DNA of 64,000 bases from Eledone cirrhosa (GCA_964016885.1 OZ024742.1:189038001-189102000), one strand, 5' to 3'. Positions 27,846 through 42,399 are shown, numbered from the stretch's first letter. The notes: generated by a model not told the origin, from the sequence alone. Numbers and translations are program-made.

Positions 27846-28407
27846 ATGAAAAGAAATAACTAAAATATATTTAAGTAAGATTCTGTTTACTGTGGTGAGA
27901 ACAAGTTTACATTAACTATAAGGTGAAACACAGCGAACCATATCTGATGCTCTATTTTTACATTATTATTGTAAATAGAACTTGCACTGGTCCCGTTCTT
28001 CGCCATTTTTTAACCAGTTCCTCTAGTTCCTTTACTAACGTTATTCTCTTGTTTCTTCTTCTCCCAAGTACCATACTTTGTCAGCTTTCCCTTTGCACGC
28101 CTTCTTTTATTTTTATAGAGAGTGATCAATCCAAGCATGTTTTCATATTTCCCGTATACATGCAGATTATATAACCTACGATAACACAGTAATTGTGACA
28201 GACATTGATTTTCTTATGTTTAATTATTTTTTATTTAGATCATGCTTATTTTATTTTCTGATTTTAAAGCAATATTTAAGCAGTTTCTTCGATGGGGCAA
28301 CATTTCCTTTTAAGGAAAAGTTGGAATGTTATTAAAGATTTCAAGGAAAATGAGTCGAAGCAGAGGAAATCAATAAAGAATAGAAAATATAATTGTGTTG
28401 AAAATGG

Positions 28408-28458
<51 letters not shown>

Positions 28459-28546
28459 TCTTTTTCCATTCCTTAGAGGGTTCTAAATCCAACTAACAGG
28501 GTAAAACATTTCTTTAAGGAAAAATACGTCTAAGTCCTCTATTTCT

Positions 28547-28602
<56 letters not shown>

Positions 28603-28604
<2 letters not shown>

Positions 28605-30070
28605 ACGGCGATGAATTTGTTTTGCGAGGTTTTTTATATGAAATCGTGTGTCGAAACAAATATTGTTATACTTGGGAATGGTCATATTGTTGTAATAATA
28701 TTGCCAGAAATAATAACAGAATGTCCAGTAGTGCTAGTTTAATATTCTGATCGCAGACTTGGTACGAGTGATGAAGAACGTGACCCAACAGAAATGGAAA
28801 GACACATCCAACACTTCATCAACCGCATGCAGTTCTCTGGCTACAACCAACGAGACAGAATCAGAGCATACAAATGAGCCACGTAGAAGTATAAGACCCT
28901 CATAGAAATGGACATGAAAGGAATTTGCCCATTATACAGGAGCAAATCATGGAATAGCTTAGATAGGACTAAACATAAGATAGGGTAAGCCAGCTAATGG
29001 TACGACAACCAGAGACACCAAAGTGTCATGTTCCTAGACGCTACCCCTGGAGGGAAATTAGCTAACCAGTATAGAAAGGCCCTGAGAAAGACCCACTTGA
29101 AGATTAAAGTGGTAGAAAAGCCAGGAACTACCATAAAATCCATGATCAGCAAAACATACCCTTTTAAGAAAACCCACTGTACTAATAGGAAATGTGTTAT
29201 ACGTAAAGTAAATCCCCGGATAAATTGTAAAACTAGAAACGTAGTCTATAGCATAAGATGTACAGAGGGTACTTGCAGAAACATGACAACATACATAGGC
29301 GAGACAGCTCGTTGCCTAGGAGAAAGGATAGACGAACACTGGGGGGAACTAAAAGGACGAAAAAACGATTTAGTGCTAGACGAACACGCCAGACGACAAC
29401 ATGACGGAAACATAGACAACATAGAAATTAAAATATCTAAACATAGAAATGACCCAACAGATTGGCAAATCAGAGAGGCAAGCGAAATAGAGCTTAGAAG
29501 GCCAAAGCTACACAGAAAAAAAAAAAAGAATGGAATAACAACACCCAAACAAACAATACTGACTTAAGAGAAATATAAATAAATAAATAAATAAATAAAT
29601 AAACGTATACATAAGCACAATAACAACAAACACATATAAACACACACTAGTAAACTAAGATAGAATACAATAACCAAAACACAGTCACCCAAACGCGAAC
29701 ACACACCAAACACTATACACACACGCAAATGCATGCGCAAAGAAGACACAAATAAAAAAATTAATAAACAGATAAAATAAAAATGGCGTAGATATACAAT
29801 ACAACAGGAGGAACATAATAGTATCACTGATGATGTTGCAGATGTGCAACGAAAGAATTTTGTTAGACTATATATATGTGTTTATATCTATATTATATCT
29901 GTATTTTTGACCGTTGATCAGTCAATGGTAAATATTGAGGATCGACTGAATTAACTGTGGAGATATAAAAGATACAGAAGCGAAAACCAACCAAACAGTG
30001 AATGTGTTCTGTTATTATTTCTGGCAATATTATTACAAACAATATGACCCTCCCCAAGTATAACAATATT
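28603..30070 (+). mobile_element. PLE family B, 5'-truncated copy with inverted tailed pLTR fragment
   Basis: Homologous to 60845-62225; 28660-28720 is the reverse complement of 30008-30070; HHR-like CTGATGA-tGTTGCA gatg TGCAAC-GAAA at 29827-29854. Confidence 0.9.
29028..29567 (+). pseudogene. PLE linker + GIY-YIG endonuclease fragment
   Basis: CTNRKC..NCKTRNVVYSIRC..YIGETARCLGERIDEH..IREA; upstream stops. Confidence 0.88.
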
Positions 30071-30549
30071 TATATATATAATTACTCTTTTTCTTTTAAT
30101 CATTTCGTGATCATATTTCTAACGACATACACCGTCGGTACGGTTGACGAGCTTCCTAATTTGTGTAAGATTAAGACTTTAGTTTCTTATCCTTACCAGT
30201 TATCGGTGCCATCTTCCTAAGCTAAAATTTACATCAATTTCAATAGTGATGTATTCTAGGCTGTAGAAGGATAACTTCATATTAATGCGAAAGCATAAAA
30301 TTCCTGTGGAACATATTTTTAATGAAATATTTTTAAAAAATGGTGGTGGATTTGCAGAATTGTTAAAGTGTCGGAGAAAATGTTTGGCTCAAGTTTTTCC
30401 TGATTTCAAATCCAGCTAATGTCTTCTTTACTTATAATCCTTTCGGGATCAATAAAATAATGTAACAGTCAAGAATTGCAGTCGATATAATCAACTTTAT
30501 AATTTCTGTTCGTGTGCTTTAATATCCATATTACTCCAGGGAAAAGGGT

Positions 30550-30700
30550 CATGGATTGGCCGTATTGTTAGAGTGTCGGACGAGATGCTTTACAACCCCT
30601 TACGTTCTGGGTTCAAATCCCACATAGGTTATCTTTGCCTGTCATCCCTACGTAGTTGATAAAATATAGTACCAGTAACGCACTGAGGTCAATTTAATTG
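30550..30700 (+). mobile_element. Degenerate tRNA/Meta SINE
   Basis: ggattggccgtattgttagag..gggttcaaatccc..gtaccagta. Confidence 0.7.
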
Positions 30701-30719
30701 CCATATATATATATACATA

Positions 30720-31433
30720 TATTAGAAAGTGAGATTTTTTTTACAAAATGAAAAATAACCGAGGTGTCCTACACGAGTGAAAGTATAAAGAAAAAAAGAT
30801 GGAATCGAAAATGCAACTGGAGTCTTATTTTTAAAAAAATATATATATTTATTTGGTTCCTTTACCGGTTTCGCAGTTCTTCTGCTTTCAAAAGTAGAGT
30901 TGAGATGGAGGGTCTGTGGTTTTTCTCACATCTTGTTGGTCTCTGAATGTTACTTGTTTTATATGGAAAAAGTGGCTCGAAATGCCAGGTTTTTCGAGAA
31001 GTAATTTGATTGGTTGTTCAATAATTATAATAAATTTCGCGCCAGTTCGCATTACAAAGTTCTTCAAGCAAGGGGGGGTGTCACAGGTTGTTTTTTTCAT
31101 ATTTGAATTTCCTTTTACTTAAAAAAAGGCGCGGGGGGGGGGGGGGGGGGGGGGGGCTCACGAACGCTTTTTTAAAATAAACGTAATTTGATTGGTTATA
31201 AAGGAAATTATGGCTGTCACGTGAACAAGTTTTCATAAAATTTTCGCACCCTTATTTGAAAATCTATTCTGTAGCCTTTTTAGAGAATTTTATGACAAGC
31301 AAAAGATAATATCAAGAGAAATTGGATGGGAGAATTGTTCTGGTTCAGTGAATATGGTTAGTTCGCTGGGGTGTCAGAATTCAGATTTTCTATTGAATAA
31401 AGAGAGTAAAGATATGCATGTTTATTTGTGTGC

Positions 31434-31532
<99 letters not shown>

Positions 31533-31837
31533 TTGTGTGTGTGTGTGTTTGAATTTCTTTTTACTTAAAAAAAAGGGGGGGTCACGAAGGCTTTTTTTTA
31601 ATAAACGTAATTTGATTGGTTATAAATGAAATTATGGCTGACACGTGAACAAGTTTTCATTAAATTTTCGCGCCGGTTTGGAAATATATTCTGTAGCCTT
31701 TTTAGAGAATTTTATGACAAGCAAAAGAGAAATTGGATGGGAGAGTTGTTCTGGTTCAGTGAATATGGTTAGTTCGCTGGGGTGTCAGAATTCAGATTTT
31801 CTATTGAATAAAGAAAGTAAAGATATGTATGTTTATT

Positions 31838-31935
<98 letters not shown>

Positions 31936-32273
31936 TGTGTGTGTGTGTTTGTTGTGTGTGTGTGTGTTTGAATTTCTTTTTACTTAAAAAAAGGGGGCTC
32001 ACGAAGGCTTTTTTTAATAAACGTAATTTGATTGGTTATAAATGAAACTATGGCTATCACGTGAAAAAGTTTTCATTAAATTTTCGCGCCTTATTTGGAA
32101 ATCTATTCTGTAGCCATTTTAGAGAATTTTTAGACAAGCAAAAGATAATGGTCAAGAGAAATTGGATGGGAGAATTGTTCTGGTTCAGTGAATATGGTTA
32201 GTTCGCTGGGGTGTCAGAATTCAGATTTTCTTTTGAATAAAGAAAGTAAAGATATGTATGTTTATGTGTGTGC

Positions 32274-32327
<54 letters not shown>

Positions 32328-32970
32328 TGGAAGATGATTCTATTAGTAGAAATGGGGGATGGAGTTGTGTGTGTGTGTATATGGGTGTTATATATATATG
32401 TGTGTGTGTGGGAGTATGTTAGATGGAGATAATATATATATTTTGTGTGTGTGTATATATGTGTGTAGGAAAGTGATTCTATTAGTAGAAATGGGGGAGG
32501 GAGTTGTGTGTGTGCGGGTGGTGGTTGTTATGTGTGTGTATGGGTGTTATGTGTGTGGGAGTATGGTTAGCATGTTAACCAATCAAATTACGTTTATTAA
32601 AAAAAAGCCTTTGTGAGCCCCCCTTTTTTTAAGTAAAAAGAAATTCAAATATGAAAAAACAACCTGTGACAACCCCCACTCCCTTGCTTGAAAAACTTCG
32701 TAACGCGAACTGGCGCGAAATTTATTATAATTATTGACCAACCAATCAAATTACTTCTCGAAAAACCTGGCTTTTCGAGCCACTTTTTCCATATAAAACA
32801 AGTAACATTCAGAGATCAACCAGATGTAAGAAAAACCACAGACCCTCCATCTCAACTCTACTTTTGAAAAGCAGAAGAACTGCGAAACTGGTAAAGGAAC
32901 CAAATAAATATATATATTTTTTTAAAAATAAGACTCCAGTTGCATTTTCGATTTCATCTTTTTTTCTTTA
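30720..32970. mobile_element. Non-coding HHR element family F4 with long inverted arms and internal tandem repeats
   Basis: 30785-31200 is the reverse complement of 32578-32970; left arm carries the tail; HHRs at 30859-30895 (minus, one A short) and 32860-32897 (plus). Confidence 0.85.
31100..32325. repeat. Three ~420-bp tandem units, each with (TG)n
   Basis: aataaacgtaatttgattggttataa at about 31177, 31600 and 32016. Confidence 0.9.
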
Positions 32971-32980
32971 TATATATATA

Positions 32981-33893
32981 TAGGAAAAAGTATGACACCG
33001 ACGGCAGAGCTCAAGCCGTTTCGACGGCTATTTCTGGACTAAATTAGAATTTTTAGCCTGGTGAATAAATAGCCGAACTTTTCAAGGGGGTAATTCCTTA
33101 TATGGGAAGATTGTAGTTGTCAAGAGGATTGGTTAAAATTTGTTGTAAACACAAATAAGTCTATCATGGCATTTGGTGGGAGGTAGGGGTGGCTGAACTT
33201 GCCTGTAGAACAATAGGGGGAGTGAGTGGAGCGGACAAGCGTTGAAAGTGATATGTATACATCAGATTCTAAGGATAGTGTATGAAGTGGAGGAGGGAGG
33301 TTATAGAATAGGAAAATCGAAAGAGAGTAGGAGTAGGAGACAATAAAAGATACTAGAAAGAAATGAAAAAAAAATATAAATATATAAAATTAGATAGTGA
33401 GAAATGAATAAAGAAATCACAAAGCTATCTTACAATTACAGGTTAATAAGTTGAGAATAGAAAAAACTTATAGGAATTACAAAACTGATATCAACTTAAA
33501 GGGGTTTTTAACACATCTGCTATAAGTAGTTAGTAAAACGTATTCGGCCAATTCTATCTTAAAATAACAGGGGTGGGGGAACTGATGCTACAAGGCCCGA
33601 TGGGCTGCATCGAGGTAGGCGAAAGGGGAAAGCAGACGAGGAAGAAAATAGCGGGTGGAAGGAAGTGATATCCTCTTGACAACTACAATCTTCCCATATA
33701 AAGAAGTACCCCCTTGAAAAGTTCGGCTATTTATTCACTAGGCTAAAAATTCTAATTTAGTCTAGAAATAGCCGTCGAAACGGCTTGAGCTCTGCCGTCG
33801 GAGTCATACTTTTTCCTATTTCCCACTCTACTACGCTAAGTATTGAGTACACTGGTGCGTTATGGTCCATTTGGTTCCTTACCACAATTCCTT

Positions 33894-33900
<7 letters not shown>
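32981..33900. mobile_element. HHR element family F3 with inverted arms; HHRs at 32995-33091 (minus) and 33709-33804 (plus)
   Basis: cccc-TTGAAAA-gttcggctattt...aaatagccgtc-GAAA-CGGC ttgagctct GCCG-TC-ggag; (TA)n flanks. Confidence 0.85.
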
Positions 33901-33954
<54 letters not shown>

Positions 33955-33955
33955 T

Positions 33956-34015
<60 letters not shown>

Positions 34016-34835
34016 ACGGAATGGAAAACGTTCGGGGATGCAGGCGTTCGATGAAAAAGGTTGAGGGTATCATTTGAAAGACACTGGTTACTGCTATTAG
34101 GGATAAAAAAATAAATAACCGAAAGAAATTCAATGGAAAATATATACCAGAAATATATTTTCAAACATCCATTTATAAAATGAAAATGGTTCCGAAATTT
34201 TACAGTTTATCCAGATATAAGTTAATTCTAAAGTTCGTTATACATAGCAACATAAATATATTATAATCATATCTGTTTTACTATTAGTTATTTCATACAA
34301 AATGGAGTGTTTACAGTACTGGTGCACCAGTTGTTGTTGATGGCTGTGCTACATTCTGACCATTAAGATCGATAATTTTTACGAGCTATTAAATCTTCGA
34401 ATTAGTGACACTAAGTCTACATATCTTGATACCAACTAGTTAGTAGCAATATCTCAATTGGTTAGAAAGACTACTCAATATAATTTGAATTGCACGCCAT
34501 GTACATGTTAAGTCGACAATTATGTAGGTGAACACCTCATTAACCTACATAACTGCCTAATTTATCATGCGAACAGCGTCACATACAAAATTAAATCTGC
34601 TAGTATTTCTCTTACGTCACTGCGCCAACAAGAGTACAAAGTAGTAGGCTTACTTCTCAATTTGGTTGCTAATAAATCAGAAAGGTATGGACAGGCTACA
34701 CGTCTCGTTAAGTCATCAAAATATATGCACAAATGAGTAATGAGTAATTATTAGTGAGAGCTGTGATATAGAGCTCTAGATTTACACACGTTTAGCACGT
34801 GTCAGACGAAGCCGGAAGCTCACCGTAGTTTCATA

Positions 34836-34889
<54 letters not shown>

Positions 34890-34890
<1 letters not shown>

Positions 34891-35530
34891 CGTGGGAAAG
34901 TAAAAAATCGGTGAATAGACCGTTAAAACATGTTTATTTAAAACAGCACCTACGTACGTTTCGCCCAGTTGGGCCAATTCGGCCAATTCTATCTTAAAAT
35001 AACAGGGGTGGGGAACTGATGCTACAAGGCCCGATGGGCTGCATCGAGGTAGGCGAAAGAGGAAAGCAGACGAGGAAGAAAATAGGGAGTGGAAGGAAGT
35101 GATATCCTCTTGACAACTACAATCTTCCCATATAAAGAAGTACGCCCTTGAAAAGTTCGGCTGTTTATTCACCAGGCTAAAAATTCTAATTTAGTCTAGA
35201 AATAGCCGTCGAAACGGCTTGAGCTCTGCCGTCGGAGTCATACTTTTTCCTATTTCCTATTTATGCCCTTGAGAAGCCCAACTGGGCGAAACGTACGTAG
35301 GTGCTGTTTTAAATAAACATGTTTTAACGGTCTATTCTCCGATTTTTTACTTTCCCACGTGCTTACGCTCTGCTAACTCTCTAGCCCACTAAATATTAAC
35401 ACTTCGAATATTTAATACTGCCGGCACTAGTATCGAGCACCTTTGGCATACGCTACTTGGCAAATAACTATATGTATCACCTATCGTCCCCTTTTTTTCT
35501 CTTTCTCGATACGTAATATTCATTTAATTT
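34890..35530. mobile_element. Chimeric F5/F3 element with two tandem HHRs (35145-35238, 35264-35304)
   Basis: 34890-34974 is the reverse complement of 35276-35360; 34976-35252 copies 33542-33818; second HHR TTGAGAA-GCCC aact GGGC-GAAA-CGTACG-TA. Confidence 0.8.
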
Positions 35531-35740
35531 ATTAATTTATTGATATTTTATTTGAGTGACCCGAAACTTCCTGATCGTTCTTTTTCGGCTGCACGGGTGA
35601 TTTTAGGCATGATCTCTGTGTGTTGGTATTTTAACGATAGTTATAGCTCTGGTTTTTCCAAACTATTGAGCCCTCTGCCACACATGTCGGATATTGTTTA
35701 TCGTGATTTTGTGGGCCGATATTCCGATTCTCGATCATTC

Positions 35741-35805
<65 letters not shown>

Positions 35806-36089
35806 GTGTGTGTGTATATACATATATATATATTGTCTGTGCGTGTATATATATATATATGCGAATGTGTCTCGATATATACACAATCTTCCTCACAGGT
35901 TTCTTACATATAATATATAACATTTCAGCCACAGTTATAAAACAAGTTTATTTAATAAATACGTTAATTGTACTCATTGAAATGTTCGTTACCTATAAAA
36001 GAACACTTTGTTGGGTTAACAGAGTTTTACGTTAGTATTTTCCCTGTTTCATCAGAGCTTATTGCCATTTCATAGACGTTAAGGCGACA

Positions 36090-36300
36090 GAGAGTATAAA
36101 ACCCTCCTCTCCCCATACATATACAGGGTATCCGACTATTTCTGAGCTACCTTCTCCTGCTGCTCGTACTCACGTTCAGCTGAGTAATCTGCAGCAACGT
36201 GCACTGAAGTGCCTTGCTCAAGGGCACAATTTACACCCTCCCCTGTCAGGAAATCGAATCCACGAACTTATGATTTTGATCCCAAGTGCCAGACCGCTGG
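36090..36300 (-). mobile_element. tRNA-derived CORE-like SINE, degenerate
   Basis: Minus strand: ggattcgatttcc B box, cccttgagcaaggcactt, ttactcagctg. Confidence 0.6.
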
Positions 36301-37984
36301 TAACATAATCATTGTTGATCGAGTTATATTGTTGTTCACTTACCACAATATTTACATATATTTCATGTCGCAGAAATTGCTGAATTGCTCTGTTTATTCA
36401 GAGCCATGACGATATAAATATAATAAATAACTTTGCTTAGCTCCTTGGCAAAGTGACTTTACCATAATCCTGAATAGACCTGTGTGGAAGCCTCTTGTGG
36501 TTCAAAATGATTCAGCCTTTATAGTATGCGTTGAACTGCGCACGTTATTGTCTTTCGCTTTCACTTGTTTGAATTCCAGTATAATCCGTAACACTTACTG
36601 GAATTGATTTAATTTCTTCTACACTCTATCGCTGCCTCCTTAGTGAATGTTGAATAGTATATTAATCCTTTCAAAAAGTGGTTAAAACGATAAGTGGTCT
36701 AAATCATAGTGGTGGGAACACTTGGCGTGTTGGGTCGCGGAGCCAAATCCATATATACTGAGTCAGGGTGACCATATTCATCCACAAGAACGAACTCGCA
36801 AGAATGAGCTCCGCAAGTTGGATTAGCACTTTTAACCTATCGCTATATCGGTGTCCTTCAGAGTTATACATTGGCAGTTCTGTCTGTTAGGACTTTGAGA
36901 TGATATCCACCTGGGGGTGTTGCGTTCACGGAGACAGAACGGTCAAAAGAAATTTAAAATTTAGAAGCATTTATTTTTTTTTTTGCTAATTAGCTCAGGT
37001 GTCATGAACGAGATCGAAATCGATCCTCAGGGATTGGTGATATTATCAGGAGAATCTATTGTACCTTTGAGCCAAAAAGCCTTATAAGAAACAAGATATG
37101 TAACTCGGCGTAAACACGGTAACAAATAAAAGCGAGTATTTGGTCCTGAAAGAGAGTGGATGTTCATGGTTGGAAAGAAATATATAGAAAGACGAAATTT
37201 AAAAGAGAGACAGGGGAAGATGAATATATAAATGTTCACAAATATTATGCATGAGGCTGTATGTGCATGTATATATGAGGCGGAGATATTGTGTTTATGT
37301 AAAATATGTCAATATGTTAGACAGACACGATATAACTATTGGACATATATATACAAACAGGAAAGAAAATGTTTAGCGCTGTTTATTTATCATCTCAATC
37401 GTGTCAGAGATATTATTCCATACCTAATTGTATGTTATATAAATCAATACAGATGCCGCCATTGCGGGCAGCCACTACAGATACATGTGCACGTGCGTGC
37501 ACATGATCAAAAGAAAGCGTCACAAGGAACACCTTTACACAAAAGATAATATAACGACGAATGTACCTGTTTACGCTTGTTTTCGTATCTCTGTTTACGT
37601 ATCATAACAGAAGGGCTTTACAAAAAGTGATCGATAAAATATGTACCAGCCGTGTCAAAAATAAGTACTCGGCTGGAAATATTTGGCTAAATCCTTTCAT
37701 GTTGAAGAAAACTAATAGAAATTATTTTTCAATGATTTAAACAAAATAGAATTTATATTAACATTCATATCAAGTAACATTTTATACAGAGCTTTTCAAA
37801 CGTTATTTCAAATACAGTAGTTTATTAACTTTCTTATCAAATAATATTTGTTTACATATCTTTTCAGAGGTCATTTCAAATATTTAATTGCAATAGTTTT
37901 TTTGCATCAAATTTGCTGGAAATTATTTTAACCAAAATGTATGTATTTAGGAATACAAGCAGAGAATTTAAGTATTATAGAGAT

Positions 37985-38305
37985 GGGTAAATGGATAAAG
38001 ACTTCCTTCGGTCAAGAATGACGATGGGATTTGTGCCTAGAAAGTCCCTCCCACCGAAGCACAAGTTCGAGCAAAGTTGTTTATGGAAGACCAGCAGTCA
38101 CCCAAACATAACAATCTCCCCTCTCCACGCCACCGATGTTGTCCAAGGGAAAGGCAATGGCCGATACAACTTTGTACCAGTGACATCGCAACTCATTTCT
38201 ACAGCTGAGTAAACTGCAGCAACATGAAATAAAGTGTCTTGCCCAAGAATCCGGGAATAGAACTCACAACCTCATGATTGCAAGCCTAACGCGCTAACCA
38301 CCTTC
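37985..38305 (-). mobile_element. tRNA-derived CORE-like SINE
   Basis: Minus strand: ggttagcgcgttaggcttgcaatc..gagttctattcc, cttgggcaagacactt, ttactcagctgtagaaatgag. Confidence 0.7.
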
Positions 38306-38330
38306 ACTATAGAGATAGACATACATAAAG

Positions 38331-38670
38331 TAATTGTTTCTTCTTTTGGCACAATGCCAGCAATTACTCCAGTGCATTACTGGTACTTTATTTTATCGAC
38401 CCCGTAAGGATGAAAGACAAAGTTAACCTCGGCGGGATTTGAACTCCGACCGGAAAGGGCCGTAACTCTATACTGAAAAGCATAGCGTCCGACCTTTTAC
38501 CGATACTGCCAATCCACCGCCCTTAAATACATAAAATAATGATTTCTAGTGTAGGCACAAAACCACTAATTTGGGAGGAGGGGAAAGTCGATTAAATCGA
38601 CTCCAGTACGTTATTGGTACTTTATGATATCGACCCAGTAAGGATGAAAGGCAAAGTTAAGCTCGGCAGG
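38331..38670 (-). mobile_element. Two adjacent tRNA/Meta SINEs (38331-38522 full; 38537-38670 5'-truncated long variant)
   Basis: Family consensus; atacataaa duplicated around the first copy. Confidence 0.85.
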
Positions 38671-38759
38671 AAAACATACATAAAATAATACAAAAATATA
38701 CAACATGCGCCTACAGGTTACTCATCTATATATAAATAGATATTATTGTCTATTTAAAC

Positions 38760-39118
38760 GGAAAAAATGAAACGAAATTTCATTTCTCACTCTTAGTACG
38801 GCTGTTACTTAAATATAAGTATGTACACGTACATACATATATGTATACAGACGTACAGTAGTATGTATATGTATATACATACATGCACACATATTTATAT
38901 GTACGGTGTGTTTGTAAACAAACATCCCGTATTAAGCCGTAGTGTATAGCAACCATCGTTGCTTGTTTGTTCAACACTGACAAAGGAACGCTGTACTAGT
39001 TTCAAGTTTATTAGCTATCGTCAGCAACATATAACTTCCTGCCAGATTGTTGAACGTATATACTTACATACTACTGTACGTCTGTATACATATGTGTATG
39101 TACGTGTACATACTTATA
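38760..39118. repeat. Diverged copy of the 54121-54640 family with an internal inverted repeat
   Basis: aaatttcatttctcactcttagta; 38816-38862 is inverted at 39069-39118. Confidence 0.7.
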
Positions 39119-39325
39119 TTATCTATTTAGTTTATGTTATGTTTAAGTATTTATTTTTTTATCTATTTTATACATGACGGGTCAATGATACTGTGATGCT
39201 GTCGATATTTTGAGTAAAAGTCTGAGATTTGAATAAGAAATGAAAATATGTAAAAGCATATTATGAAAAACAACATACTTACTGTAGTTGCTCCCCCGAT
39301 ACACAGACACAGATACACACACAGA

Positions 39326-39425
<100 letters not shown>

Positions 39426-39511
39426 TATATATATATATATAGATATATAGATATATATACTGTATATATATATAAATCGGTTTATTAATATCTTTTACAA
39501 ATGTGGCTTAA

Positions 39512-39730
39512 CCTTTTAGTGTTCAAACCGGCCATAACCGGCCATAACTCTCTACTTCTTTCTGTTGAAACTGGCTGTAACTGGTCGCACAAACTGACGT
39601 TGAGGTATTGTTTTCAAAATAAATACTTTCAAAATCTCAAAATTCGATATTATGGGAGATAATTATTTGAGGTTAAGCCTTTACCATGAAAATATAATAG
39701 TACATATAGAATAATGTGAATACTAAAGGG
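39512..39730. mobile_element. piggyBac-like MITE
   Basis: TTAA on both sides (39508-39511, 39731-39734); TIRs ccttttagtgttca / tgaatactaaaggg. Confidence 0.75.
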
Positions 39731-40243
39731 TTAAAAACTATTGATGATTACGTAAATTTGAAAAAGAAAGATAAAAATAAAATTAAGTAATGAGAAAAGG
39801 AGAAAGGGGTAAAGAAGGGCAGATCTGGCTGTATGGGACAGTAGAGGAAAGGACTATAAATACCATAAATGAGAAGAAAATGGGCGAAAAAGAAGGACTC
39901 TTGGGCCACAGAGGCAAAGTAGTGGGAGGGGAGATGGTGATTGGATCTGTGCCTAGGACGCGGTGGTATTATCATTGTCAATTTTATATTCTCTTTTCTG
40001 ATTTACTAACCTCTATAGTTTGGTATATAACTAGGATCAATGAGGGAAACTCAAATTCCATAAAGGGATAGATGGCCCGAATGGGTTGAGCAGCCCTAGT
40101 TTATTATTTTAACCAGACACAATATAAGACTGATTTCTAACATAAAACATGATATATTCCAATGGCAAAACATAACATGTCACCAACACAGACGAACAGA
40201 ATTCTGTCTTAAGTCTTATGACAGTGAAGCATGTATCTTATCA

Positions 40244-40283
40244 CCTTGTTTTCTATATTTTATATTCAAGTCTTCAGGTACGT
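40244..40283 (+). promoter_or_regulatory. Candidate recursive splice site or 7-nt microexon
   Basis: Pyrimidine-rich tract, AAG|TCTTCAG|GTACGT. Confidence 0.3.
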
Positions 40284-40439
40284 TAAGTGCTTTCACTGTA
40301 AGGTGAAAATAAAATGGCTGCCACTGTGTACGAATTGTTGGTGGTACAAAGACAGAACTTGACATATGGCTTACTTAGACAGTCAACTAGTGTTACACAT
40401 TTCAAAGTAAGATTTTCATCTGAGCAGTATGTTAAAAAT

Positions 40440-41276
40440 ATGTGCGTGTGTGTTTGTGTGTGAGTGTGTGTGTGTGTATGTGTGTGTCTGTGCGTGCGTG
40501 TATGTGTAAGTAAATATGTATGTATATATTATAAATGTTTTCATGTTTGTTTCTGTATCTCTGTGGTTATTTGTATGTATGTGTGTGTGAGTGTGTGTGT
40601 GCCTGTGTGTATGTATAACTAAATATGTATGTATATATTATAAATGTTTTCATGTTCGTCTCTGTGACTCCGTGTGTGTTTGTGTATGTGGGTGTGTGAG
40701 TGTGTGTGTGCCTGTGTGTATGTATAACTAAATATGTATGTATATATTATAAATATGTTCATGTTCCTCTCAGTGTCTCTCTGTGTATTTGTATGTATGT
40801 GTGTGTGTATGTGTGTGTATGTGTGTGTGTATGTGTGTGTGTCTGTCTGTGTGTGTGTATGTGTCTGTATGCGTGTATGTGTGTCTGTGTGCGTGTATGT
40901 GTAAGTAAATATGTATGTATATATTATAAATGTTTTCATGTTCGTCTCTGTGACTCCGTGTGTGTTTGTGTGTGTGGGTGTGTGAGAGTGTGTGTGCCTG
41001 TGTGTATGTATTACTAAATATGTATGTATATATTATAAATATGTTCATGTTCCTCTCAGTGTCTCTCTGTGTATTTGCATGTGTGTGTGTATGTGCGTGT
41101 GTGTATATGTGTGCGTGCGCGTGTGTGTATGTATGTGTGTATGTGTATGTATGTGTCTGTGTGTGTGTGTGTCTGTGTGTGGGTGTGTGTGTGTAAGTAA
41201 ATATGTATGTATATATTATAAATATTTTCATGTCCGTCTCTGTGACTTCGTGTGTGTATGTGTGTCTGTGTGTATC

Positions 41277-41307
<31 letters not shown>

Positions 41308-41335
41308 ATCTGTGTGTGTGTGTGTGTGTGTTTTC
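40440..41335. repeat. Compound TG-rich tandem repeat
   Basis: taaatatgtatgtatatattataaat recurs six times between degenerate (TG)n. Confidence 0.85.
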
Positions 41336-42187
41336 TCATCTTGAATTAGATTTGGGTCTGATTTTCTTCTTCTTTTTAGTAGTAATTATCTATTTATTTA
41401 TGATTTCCATTTTCTTTCCTAAATACATTTTACAAAAATCTCTTTCCAACTTTGTTAGTAGACAGAATTTAATTTCCCTAATGCTTTTACTTCAGTTGTT
41501 AAATCTTAGCATTGCATCAATTAATTTCCGCCAGTTTCTCGGAGATAAACACATTTAGTCCAACTCCAATTTAATTATAAACAAATAAAGATACTCTCAA
41601 TACTTTCATTCAATTCCTTTATAGTGAAAATGTCTTTTGGAAGCCCAGTGCTACCTTAATATTTTATCTATGCTATGCACACAGAACCTAAACTAAAAAC
41701 AATACTATGCATTCTAGAATGAACAATTGTGACAGCAATATAAATGATTTTAGAAGAACAATAAACCAAAAACGACAGTGAGATCGAAATAGGTAAATCA
41801 GCTAGAATACTAAGTTACTTAAGGGTATTCAAAGTAAATGTCTATAAGAACCCATATGTGATCTTACTGTGAGAGTGTTACCATGTTTTTTAATGAATTA
41901 CACTGCCTATGATTCTCAAACAATTTTGAAAATACAAAGAATTTGGAGAAGTTAGTATATAACAAATTTCCTATTATTTATTTTTGTTTGAAGCATAACC
42001 TAACAAATGTTCTTACATAACATTATGATGAAATGCTTTTAGATAACAATAAACTCATTCAAATAAACATTTTCGTATCATGAATCTAGGTAAAGTTTCA
42101 TACAGCTTGGCATCAAAAGGTTTAATCACGACTTAAAATATTTACAATATGACAATATTTACAAATGTTTATTATACATAAATATAG

Positions 42188-42399
42188 GGTGGTGGATTGG
42201 CAGTATCGGTAGAGAGTCGGACACCATGTTTTGCAGCATAGAGTTACGGTCCTTTACAGCCTGAGTTCAAATTCCACTGAGGTTAAATGTGCCTTTCATC
42301 CTTACGAGGTCGATAAAATAAGGCACCAGTAACGTACTGGGGTCGATTTAATCGGCTTTCCCAAATTACCGGTCTTGTCGCTATACTAGAAATCATTAT
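42188..42399 (+). mobile_element. tRNA/Meta SINE (long variant)
   Basis: Matches family consensus. Confidence 0.88.

Noticed and set aside
39220-39270. CTGAGA..GAAA-ATATG/CATAT-TA
   Set aside because: Core one base short and no stem I
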